Source of the DNA: Alphaproteobacteria bacterium
GTDB taxonomy: Bacteria; Pseudomonadota; Alphaproteobacteria; UBA828
NCBI GenBank assembly: GCA_965220745.1
Contig: CBDCQT010000009.1
Span: forward strand, 1-30,529
Direction of reading: 5' to 3'
DNA: 30,529 bases
The notes under the pieces were generated by a model that was not told the origin of the DNA, did no database searches, and was given only the letters and a program-made list of their open reading frames with translations. The translations under genes and the position numbers were made by a program. This document shows, one piece after another, positions 19,698 to 27,726 of the stretch (position 1 is its first letter; every line of letters starts with the position of its first letter).

Positions 19698-20753
19698 ATG
19701 CGCTACGACGAATGCTACAAGTCGATTTTCTCTCACAGGATTTCCGTCGAGCACCTGCTCCGCTTCGTCGAGGGCATGATCGACGATGGCCCGGCGTGGA
19801 TCGCGGCCTTCGACCCCGAGACCCTGGAGCCGGTGCCCACCGAGCGCATCGACGACACCCTGCACCGCCACCTGAGCGACCTGATCTGGCGCGTGCGCCT
19901 GCGCGACGGCGGCGAAGACGATTGGGCCTACCTCTTCGTGCTGATCGAGTTCCAGTCTGCGGTGGATCACCTGATGGCGCTGCGGGTTCGGACCTACGTG
20001 GACCTGCTCTATCGCGGTCTCTGGGCGGATCGCCGCTTCGGCGCGTCCGACCGTCTGCCGCCGGTGCTTCCCGTGGTGCTCTACAACGGGAAGTCTCCGT
20101 GGACGGCTGCGGCGAGCGTGGAGGAGCTGGTTGCGCCGGAGGCCCGCCCCCCGAGCCGCATCGCCTCCGTGCCGACATATGCAGGCTCGGGCTACGTGAC
20201 GCTTGACGTTGGCCGGGTTGAAGCCGGAGATTCCGCACCAGTCGACGTGCTCTCACTTGTGATCGGCATTGAGCGGATGTCGTCGTATAGTGAGGGATAC
20301 GCGACGCTGCGTGAGGCGTTCTCCGCCCTTCGCGGCGCCGAGCACCGGCAGTTGCGCCGGACGCTTTATGACTGGTTCACTTTGCTTGCCGGGCAGGGCG
20401 CCGCAGGCGCTTTGATCGAGGGGTTCGAGGAGATGGAACGGATTCCTGAAGAAGGAGAGATGCGGACGCCGGTTCAGGACCGCGTGCGCGCATGGCGCGA
20501 AGCCGACCGTGAGCAGGGCCGCGAACAGGGCCGTGCGGAGGGCGTCGAGAAAGGCCGTGCCGAGGGCGTCGAACACGAACGCCTGCTGTTGCGGCGCCTC
20601 ACCGAGCGGAAGTTCGGCGCAGACATCGCCGAGCGCGCCGCCGCACTGTTGGCCGGGATCGGGGAGCCGGGGCGGCTGACCGACGTCGGCGAGTGGATCA
20701 TCGACTGCGCCACGGGCGACGAGCTGATCGCGCGGCTGGAGAACGCAGACTAA
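19698..20753 (+). CDS. Rpn family recombination-promoting nuclease / YhgA-like putative transposase
   Basis: DECYKSIFSH, SDLIWRV, YLFVLIEFQS, LPPVLPVVLYNG and C-terminal GREQGRAEG repeats. Confidence 0.88.
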   Translation: MRYDECYKSIFSHRISVEHLLRFVEGMIDDGPAWIAAFDPETLEPVPTERIDDTLHRHLSDLIWRVRLRDGGEDDWAYLFVLIEFQSAVDHLMALRVRTYVDLLYRGLWADRRFGASDRLPPVLPVVLYNGKSPWTAAASVEELVAPEARPPSRIASVPTYAGSGYVTLDVGRVEAGDSAPVDVLSLVIGIERMSSYSEGYATLREAFSALRGAEHRQLRRTLYDWFTLLAGQGAAGALIEGFEEMERIPEEGEMRTPVQDRVRAWREADREQGREQGRAEGVEKGRAEGVEHERLLLRRLTERKFGADIAERAAALLAGIGEPGRLTDVGEWIIDCATGDELIARLENAD

Positions 20754-21000
20754 CGCGAGCCGCCGTCCCCTCGCTGGACTTGGCGAGGGCTCGACACCGC
20801 CTCACGCCGCGTTGAGCGGAGCCGGTCATATTCTCGCTCCCATTCCGGCCATCAGCGCGGCGGGCAGGACGATCTTACCGGTGCCGGCGCAGAGGCGACA
20901 CCGCATCACCGAGCTTCCCTCCGGTCGATCTGTTCAGGCCCGGCATGGGTGCCGATGCCGTCGGCCACCGGCGCGACGAATGAGGATACGTGCCCACCGC

Positions 21001-22848
21001 TCATCCACTGCGTACACCGAAGCCGAGGTCGCGAACGGCCTTGCGGAACGCCGCCTCGGCCCTCGTCTGGACCACCAGGTGCTTATTCCCCGCACGCAGG
21101 CAGAGCTTCGCCAGGCGCTCGTCATCAGCGATTCTCGCTGCAACATCCTCGTCGACGCACTCGATCAACAGCGCCGTGCCGCGCGCCTTGAGCGCATCCG
21201 CGCCGCGCTCGACGTTGCGCAGGAAGCCCTCGACCCTCTCGGGCAGGGGCTGCTCGTCCCGTGCCGCCAGGAACGCGCGCAAGCCGTCGCCATCGTGCCC
21301 GCTCTCGAACGCCGCCAGCGTCCTGTCCCGCGCCAGGCGCCAGACGCCCTCCGCCTCGGCCTCCGCGAACGTCTCCAGCATCAGCCTCTCGTCCGCCGAC
21401 AACGCCCCGCCGGCGCACACCCTCAGGTCGGGGAAGACCGTCAGGGACGTACGCTCCAGAAACGCGCCCGGCTCGTAGGTGTCGGCGAGCCCCAGGCAGT
21501 AGGCGCCGAGCGCGTTCAGTCGGAAATACTGCAGCCCGTCATAGCGGCTGAGCCAGGCCAACTCGTCGCTCCCCGGCAGCCCCGTGAAATCCACTCGCGC
21601 TCCCTTGGGGTGGATATAGGCGACGTCGATCAGGCCCAGCGTCGCGGCGTACTCGAACAACACGCACAGAAGATAGCGGCCCTGCAGGATGTTCCAGCCG
21701 TGACAACCGTCATAGCCAAGGCTGTCGTAGTGAGAATCGAAGAGGTAGAGCTTCCACGGATCGCGCGTGATACCGAAGTCGAAGGACGCCGCCTGCATGA
21801 AGCGCGAGAACTCGTCGAAGCGCACCCAGCGGCCCAGCGGACATTGCTCCAGCGCCTCGGTGACCACCGGGCGGCGCGTCGATACCGCAGTCATCGCGCG
21901 CTTGCCCTTGCCGCGGCTCTGGCCCTTGATGGCGTCGATGCGGCTGAACTCGTCGAGCAAGTTGCTCTTGATCCAGCGTTGCCAGAGGTGGCGCAACGTC
22001 TCCGCTGCTGGCGCGCCCAGCGCTGCATGGCCCTTCTTCGTCAGCGCCAGCTTCGAGCCCCTGAGCTCGGCCAGCTTGCCCGCCTGCACCAGCCACGGCC
22101 AGGCGTGCGCCTTGATGGGGCCGACCGCCTGCTCCCAGCTCTCCCGCTTCTCGGCAAGGTCGTAGAAATCGCCCCCATCCAGCTCCCCGGCGATGGCCGC
22201 CGCCGAGGCCGCCGAGGCCCGCCGCGTCTTCGCGCTCACCGCGACCCGGCCGAGATCGATCAGGCGCAGCACAGCGACCAGGTCCCTCTGCGCCGCGCGC
22301 TCCATGTCGCGCCGAACCAGCGCGACCCGGTCGAACTTCGGTGTCTCACCTTTGGGCACGTAGCCGCGCTGCCGCCGGTCGACCGCCTCCGGCAGCTCGT
22401 CCTCGGCAGCGAGCGCCGCCTCGGGCGGCGCGGGCACGAACCCACGCAGACGCTCCGCCAGATCGGGCGGGATGAACGGTGCCGAGCCCACGTGACCGCC
22501 GCGGAAATGAAGAAAGAGGCGTAAGGGCAATGCACCGGGGGCGCCGATCCCGTCGAAGCCCGCAGGAAAAGCGTCGTACTTGGCCTCGAACCGCGCGGCA
22601 TCGAAGCCCTCGGCATCGTGCAGCGCCTCGCCCACCGCCAGTCGTTGAATCTCGTCGAGACCGTCCCACAGGAGGCCAAGCGAGGCCCCGCTGAGACGAC
22701 CCTCGATGGCCGCGATCATGTCGGCCTTGCGCGTGGGCCGCGGCTTCGGCACTGAGAGCCAGTTCACCATGACCGTGAGGTCGCTGTTGTTCAGCGCGGC
22801 GAGCGCCTTCGCCAGGGTAGAGGTCCAGTCATCGGCGATACGGACCAT
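21001..22848 (-). CDS. Hypothetical protein with a C-terminal XPB/Ssl2-like helicase-associated domain
   Basis: 615 aa, GAGGGA RBS. C-terminal VWRLARDRTLAAFESG....LRAFLAAR..QPLPERVEGFL resembles Helicase_C_3. No Walker motifs. Confidence 0.65.
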   Translation of the reverse strand: MVRIADDWTSTLAKALAALNNSDLTVMVNWLSVPKPRPTRKADMIAAIEGRLSGASLGLLWDGLDEIQRLAVGEALHDAEGFDAARFEAKYDAFPAGFDGIGAPGALPLRLFLHFRGGHVGSAPFIPPDLAERLRGFVPAPPEAALAAEDELPEAVDRRQRGYVPKGETPKFDRVALVRRDMERAAQRDLVAVLRLIDLGRVAVSAKTRRASAASAAAIAGELDGGDFYDLAEKRESWEQAVGPIKAHAWPWLVQAGKLAELRGSKLALTKKGHAALGAPAAETLRHLWQRWIKSNLLDEFSRIDAIKGQSRGKGKRAMTAVSTRRPVVTEALEQCPLGRWVRFDEFSRFMQAASFDFGITRDPWKLYLFDSHYDSLGYDGCHGWNILQGRYLLCVLFEYAATLGLIDVAYIHPKGARVDFTGLPGSDELAWLSRYDGLQYFRLNALGAYCLGLADTYEPGAFLERTSLTVFPDLRVCAGGALSADERLMLETFAEAEAEGVWRLARDRTLAAFESGHDGDGLRAFLAARDEQPLPERVEGFLRNVERGADALKARGTALLIECVDEDVAARIADDERLAKLCLRAGNKHLVVQTRAEAAFRKAVRDLGFGVRSG

Positions 22849-22904
22849 CGGCCAGTTATCCCTCGTTGATGCCGATGCGGCCATGACGATCGATCCGGCC
22901 GCGC

Positions 22905-23064
22905 TCACGGCATGATATCGGCGGCGATGCTGGCCGCCACCAGGGCCGCAGATTCCTTCACCGAGTCCTGTGCCGGGTGCGCGTACCGCGCGGTGCTCTG
23001 CAGCTTCCTGTAGCCCAGGAGTTCGCCGATCATCGTGAGTTCATGGCCCAGGACCAGAGCCCGC
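22905..23064 (-). pseudogene. Degenerate duplicate of the last 160 nt of integrase 2
   Basis: Ungapped match to 24971..25130 with about 18 mismatches (~89%). Translates RALVLGHELTMIGELLGYRKLQSTARYAHPAQDSVKESAALVAASIAADIMP*. Confidence 0.92.
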
Positions 23065-23128
23065 AAAGGCCTTCCCGATGTGCACCCAAACTTGCGGTCG
23101 ATACCTGATGGATGGACTACGGATCAGT

Positions 23129-24007
23129 CTAGGCATGAGGAAGACTCTGCCGCATGTCCGGGATGCCGGTCAGAAAGATCGCCTCATGCCGATGACCGGA
23201 ATACGCGCAGAAGACGTATTCGTTCCAGTGGTTGGGACCCGGACCGTACTTCATCAGATGACCGTGCGGGTCATCCGTCCTGGGCGGCTTCTTTGCCATC
23301 ATCCGCGCGAGCTCGCGCTCCAGATAGTCGACAAAGGCTTGTTCGGGCCAGTCCCGGAAGACGTAGGGCGTGTTGAACACGATATGCCGGCGGCACAGGC
23401 TGTTGGGCGGTGGAAGCACACGCACGAACCAGACCTCCCCCTCGCGGCCGGCATAGCCGGCGGGAACCGTGCAGGAGACTATCTCCCGCGTGCCGACCTC
23501 GCGCAGCAGGACCCCCTCGCCCTTGCTGCCGCAATGGACGTAGAAGCCCATCCTCGAGTGCTGCATCCGCTCAATGGCGTCGATCAGCCAGGACGGGCAA
23601 TCGAACTCGGGCGCGATCCGCAGGATGCAGTTGCCCATGGTCTCCCGACTGCTTCCGAACTGGACGTCGAAGAACGCCCACATCGTGAAATAGCTGGCGG
23701 TCAGCGGACTCATCGGCGGCCCGGACGGCAGGTACTCGTCCTCGGCGTCGCCGACGATCCTGACGAAGCCCTTCGCCTCTCTCATCCCGGAAATAGATTC
23801 GGCCATGAGGGAGACGACGTTCTCCGCCAAAGCGTAGATGCCGTGACACGGCTCAAGGTCCGCGAACTTGCCGGGGACCGGCCCCTCGCCACCGAAACCG
23901 GCTTCGAGGGCCATCTTCCTGCCCTCCCGCCAACCCGCCAGATCGACGACCTTCGAGCCGCGGGACGTGAGAATCTTCCTTGCGATCTTGTCGGAAACGG
24001 AACCCAT
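23129..24007 (-). CDS. Hypothetical protein (~292 aa)
   Basis: Globular-looking ORF (EDEYLPSGPPMSPLTASYFTMWAFFD..., YWNE-like HWNEYVFCAY). Start is uncertain and could be further upstream. Confidence 0.7.
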   Translation of the reverse strand: MGSVSDKIARKILTSRGSKVVDLAGWREGRKMALEAGFGGEGPVPGKFADLEPCHGIYALAENVVSLMAESISGMREAKGFVRIVGDAEDEYLPSGPPMSPLTASYFTMWAFFDVQFGSSRETMGNCILRIAPEFDCPSWLIDAIERMQHSRMGFYVHCGSKGEGVLLREVGTREIVSCTVPAGYAGREGEVWFVRVLPPPNSLCRRHIVFNTPYVFRDWPEQAFVDYLERELARMMAKKPPRTDDPHGHLMKYGPGPNHWNEYVFCAYSGHRHEAIFLTGIPDMRQSLPHA

Positions 24008-24209
24008 GGCGTTCTTCCGGCAGTCTTCTCTCGTGGGCCTCGCCCGTCTACACGGAAACTTGGCGGGTGCGGGCGTGCCCACGGCTCGAATGTCTCCCTC
24101 CCCGCCGTCGGCGAAGAACAGCTTGGAGAGGGGCGGGCGGCGCGTAGCATTTTCGGCGATCCGCGCCATTCCAGAAACTGTTCAGTGCCCAAGCCCCTCA
24201 CCAGATGGC

Positions 24210-24536
24210 TCAGGCCACGGGACGAGCGCCGTACACCGCCACCTTCCCAAGTCTGTCGGCGAGACGGTCCTGTTCCCGCTCCAGATCGTACTGGCTTTGC
24301 AGACCCATCCAGAACTCCGCCGAGTTCCCGAAGAAGCGCGAGAACAGCAAAGCCGTCTCAGCCGAGATGGAGCGCTCGCCGCGCACGATGGCGTGGATGC
24401 GGCGGGGGTCGACACCGACCGACCGCGCCAGCCGATACTGAGTGACCTTCAGCGGAACCAGGAACTCCTCATTGAGTATTTCACCGGGATGGATGGGGTG
24501 CAGCTTGCGGCCCTGTTTCCGTGTCGACTTTCCCAT
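24210..24536 (-). CDS. higA: HigA family antitoxin (HTH)
   Basis: PIHPGEILNEEFL, ISAETALLFSRFFGNSAEFWMGLQSQYDL. Confidence 0.93.
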   Translation of the reverse strand: MGKSTRKQGRKLHPIHPGEILNEEFLVPLKVTQYRLARSVGVDPRRIHAIVRGERSISAETALLFSRFFGNSAEFWMGLQSQYDLEREQDRLADRLGKVAVYGARPVA

Positions 24537-24571
24537 CCGCCTGCGTCCTTCCCGTCGCGCCCGTCACGACC

Positions 24572-24853
24572 TCAGTGGTAGTCCACCATCTCAACGTCGT
24601 ATGCGTCTCCCTGCCTCCACGAAAAGCAGATCCGCCAGCGATCGTTGATCCGAATGCTGTACCGGCCCCTTCGGTCCCCCGACAGCGTTTCCAGCCGGTT
24701 CCCCGGAGGCACACGCAGGTCGTTCAGGCTCCGCGCGCTGTTCAGCATCATCAGCTTCGCCTGTGCGCGCCGCTGAAGGTCGGCGGGCAGACGCCTCAGA
24801 CGCTCCCGCCTCGCGACCGCTTCGGTGTCGGCGTTTCTGTAGCTCTTGATCAT
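24572..24853 (-). CDS. higB: HigB (RelE/ParE superfamily) toxin
   Basis: MIKSY.., [40 protein letters not shown]. Lies upstream of the antitoxin. Confidence 0.93.
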   Translation of the reverse strand: MIKSYRNADTEAVARRERLRRLPADLQRRAQAKLMMLNSARSLNDLRVPPGNRLETLSGDRRGRYSIRINDRWRICFSWRQGDAYDVEMVDYH

Positions 24854-24875
24854 TACCGATGGCCGCACCACGCTA

Positions 24876-24902
24876 TTAGCGCGTGGCGCTAACTCATGTC
24901 AA
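24876..24902 (-). promoter_or_regulatory. higBA promoter/operator
   Basis: Perfect -35 TTGACA (24897..24902, minus strand) followed by palindrome TTAGCGC-N3-GCGCTAA (24876..24892). The -10 is weak. Confidence 0.6.
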
Positions 24903-24970
24903 ATCTCACCCGCATCACGCCAATGGTCGGGGCGGGCCAGTGATCGTCAGGCGGGAGGATCGGGCCACTC

Positions 24971-26140
24971 TCACGGCATGATATCGGCGGCGATGCTGGC
25001 CGCCACCAGTGCCGCGGCCTCCTTCACCGAGTCCCGCGCCAGGTGCGCGTACCGCGCGGTGCTCTGCAGCTTCCTGTGCCCGAGAAGCTTGCCGATCATC
25101 GTGAGGTCATGGCCCAGCGCCAGGGCGCGCGACGCGAAGCTGTGACGCAGGTCATGAATCCGCACGTCGTCCAGACCGGCGTGCTCTCTCACCTTGTACC
25201 AGTAGTAGGTGAGCTGCATCTGCCGCTCGCCCGCCTCCGGGCCCGCGATCACCCAGGGATTGCCCGCGAGGCGCGGCAGCCCGGCCAGCACACGCGCAGC
25301 CGCAGGCGAGAGCGGAACGATCCGGGGACCGGTCTTGCTATCGGCCAACCTGATCTCGTTCCGCTCCAGCGCCACGTCCCTCCAGCGAAGCGTCAGCACC
25401 TCGCCGGACCGGCACCCCGTCAGCGTCAGCAGCCGGAACGCCGCCGCGACGTGGATGGGTAGCCGGCCCTCGGCTTCGAGATCGTCCAGGGTCTGGCCGA
25501 GACGGCGGAACTCGTCTTCGGTCAGGAAGCGCTCGGGCCGCCGCGTCCGGTAGGGCTTCACGAAGCGGCAGGGGTTGCTGCCGCCCGGCAGCAGCCCCCA
25601 CGCCTGCGCTCGGTTCAGCATCCGGGACAGCGCCCCAACCGCGTCGTTTGCCGCCGTCGGCCTCTTGCGCAGGCGATACTGAAGCTCGGCAACGTGCGTG
25701 CGGTCGAGCTCCGTGATCGGCAGCTTGCCCAGCCTCGGCAGGATGTTCCGCTCGATCGTCCGGCGGTAGCCCATGGCGGTGGCCGGCTTGCAGTGAACCG
25801 CCACGTGCTCGCGGAGGTAGCGCTCCGCGAGCTCCGCCACCGTCGGCCCGCCCTCTGCATCGGGTTTCCCGCCCCGCTCGTCGCCGGTCTCCATGCGGGT
25901 GAGGATCACGGCCGCCTGCCGGCGCGCCTCGTCCACGGACAGGGTGCCGTGGCGGCCTACGGCGATCCGCTTCGAGCCGCGCCGGCCCCTGCGCTGGACC
26001 ACGTAGGTCTTGGACCCGTTGGGATAGACCCGGACCCCGAAGCCCGGCAGGTCCCGGTCCCAGCACATGATCTCCTTGTCCTCTGGGGTCAACGCGTCGA
26101 CCACACGGTTGGACAGCGATCTCTTCTCCAGTCGCGGCAT
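24971..26140 (-). CDS. Tyrosine recombinase/integrase 2 with an N-terminal arm-binding (DUF4102-like) domain
   Basis: WDRDLPGFGVRV; catalytic LTGCR, SKTG, HDLRH, LGH and RYAH are intact. Confidence 0.95.
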   Translation of the reverse strand: MPRLEKRSLSNRVVDALTPEDKEIMCWDRDLPGFGVRVYPNGSKTYVVQRRGRRGSKRIAVGRHGTLSVDEARRQAAVILTRMETGDERGGKPDAEGGPTVAELAERYLREHVAVHCKPATAMGYRRTIERNILPRLGKLPITELDRTHVAELQYRLRKRPTAANDAVGALSRMLNRAQAWGLLPGGSNPCRFVKPYRTRRPERFLTEDEFRRLGQTLDDLEAEGRLPIHVAAAFRLLTLTGCRSGEVLTLRWRDVALERNEIRLADSKTGPRIVPLSPAAARVLAGLPRLAGNPWVIAGPEAGERQMQLTYYWYKVREHAGLDDVRIHDLRHSFASRALALGHDLTMIGKLLGHRKLQSTARYAHLARDSVKEAAALVAASIAADIMP

Positions 26141-26151
26141 GTCCCGTTCTC

Positions 26152-27372
26152 CTACGCCGCCTCGACCGGCGTCATGCCGTCGGCGTCGGCCTGGGCGGCG
26201 GCACCCTCCATGCGCAGGATGTCGTCCTCGATGCTGCCGCCCACGCGGGCGGCAGCCACCTTCTCGGCCTCCTGCGACAGGTGCGCATACCGCGCCGTGC
26301 TGCTCACGTCCGTGTGGCCGAGAAGGCGGCCGATCATCGGCAGCTGAAGACCGAGAGCCAGGGCGCGAGACGCAAAGCTGTGACGCAGGTCATGGATGCG
26401 CACGTCCTCGATCTCTGCCTTCTCGCGCACCCGGTGCCAGTGGCTGGTCAGCGTCGCCAGGTGGCGGTTGGGCTTGCTCCCCGTGATCACCCAGGGGCTG
26501 CGCCTCACCCGCTTGATCCCCGCCAGGACCTCCAGCACGGCGGGCGTCAGCGGCACCATGCGCGCACCGGTCTTCGCGTCGCGCAGGCGAATCTCACCGG
26601 CCTTGCGGTCGATGTCGCTCCACCTCAGCGTCTGTATCTCCCCGAGCCGGCACCCCGTCAGCATCAGAAGCCGCAGCGCCGCCGCAGCCCGAGCCGACAC
26701 CGGGCCCTCCGCCTCAAGCTCGCACAGTGCACTACCGACACGCCGGTACTCGTCCTCCGTGAGGAACCGCTCGCGCCGGCCCTCCCTGTAGCGCTGCACG
26801 AACCGGCAGGGGTTGCCGTCGCGTGGCCCGACACCCCACGCCTCGGCCAACGAGAACATCTTCGACAGCACCATCAGCGCCCGGTTCGCGGCACGCGGCG
26901 TCTCCCGCAGTTCGTAGTGCAGCGCCGCCACCTCGGCACGCCCCACCTTGTCCAGGGGCAGGGTGCCCAGCGCCGGCAGGATGTGGTTCCTCAGAGAGCC
27001 CTTGTAGATGCCCTGCGTGTGGGCGTTGCAGTGCACCATCACATGGGCCTCCAGATAGCGCTCGGCCAGTTGGGCGATGGTGAGCGCAGGGAGGGGTCTC
27101 GCCACCGGGTCCTCGCCCTTCTTGATACGGGTGATGGCGGCAGAAGCCTTCTTGCGCGCCTGCTCAGGGGTGACGTCGCCGTGGCGACCGAGCGAGACGC
27201 GCTTGATGCCCACCGGCCCGCGGGACTGCACGATGTAGATCTTGCTGCCCGAGGGATAGACCCTCACGCCGAAGCCCGGCAGCTCCCTGTCCCAGAAGGT
27301 GGTGTCCTTGCCCTCGACGGCGAGCATGTCGACGGTGCGCTTCGAGATCGAGAGTTCACTTCGCCTGGGCAT
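26152..27372 (-). CDS. Tyrosine recombinase/integrase 1, paralogue of integrase 2
   Basis: WDRELPGFGVRV; LTGCR, AKTG, HDLRH, LGH and RYAH are intact. Stop is 11 nt before integrase 2. Confidence 0.95.
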   Translation of the reverse strand: MPRRSELSISKRTVDMLAVEGKDTTFWDRELPGFGVRVYPSGSKIYIVQSRGPVGIKRVSLGRHGDVTPEQARKKASAAITRIKKGEDPVARPLPALTIAQLAERYLEAHVMVHCNAHTQGIYKGSLRNHILPALGTLPLDKVGRAEVAALHYELRETPRAANRALMVLSKMFSLAEAWGVGPRDGNPCRFVQRYREGRRERFLTEDEYRRVGSALCELEAEGPVSARAAAALRLLMLTGCRLGEIQTLRWSDIDRKAGEIRLRDAKTGARMVPLTPAVLEVLAGIKRVRRSPWVITGSKPNRHLATLTSHWHRVREKAEIEDVRIHDLRHSFASRALALGLQLPMIGRLLGHTDVSSTARYAHLSQEAEKVAAARVGGSIEDDILRMEGAAAQADADGMTPVEAA

Positions 27373-27537
27373 CGGGTATCTCCCTGGTACGCGCCGCCCT
27401 GCCGGCCGGGGTCGTCGGCGGGGCGCTGATTCCGCAGTCGCCTCTCACCGTCACCCGACGACCGAATGAATTCGGATTCCGGGCTTCCGCCGCCTCGCGG
27501 CGGGAAAATTCGGGATCGGTCGGAATGGCCAAAATTA

Positions 27538-27664
27538 CCGTCATCACTGCGGACGCCCGCGACATCAAACTCCTGCGTATTGGATCGTAGGATTGTCGTC
27601 TCGTCAAGAGCGGAGGTTCTACCTAGCTAACGGAAACAACGTAGAGAATCGTACCCTAGCGTAG
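27538..27664 (+). other. Putative integrase arm/att-like site B upstream of the integrases
   Basis: CCGTCATCACT...CATCAAACTCCTGCGTA, with CGTA(T/G/C) at 27576, 27586 and at 27640, 27650, 27660 (10-bp phase). Confidence 0.55.
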
Positions 27665-27726
27665 CTCTGACGTCAGAATTAGAACAAACGCTACACGCAC
27701 CTGTGGAAAAGGAGAGCCTCGAAGCC

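Noticed and set aside
3253-24950. TGATCGTCAG at 3253, 8977 and 24941
   Set aside because: A 10-mer occurring three times in 30 kb is expected by chance, and the flanks are not shared.
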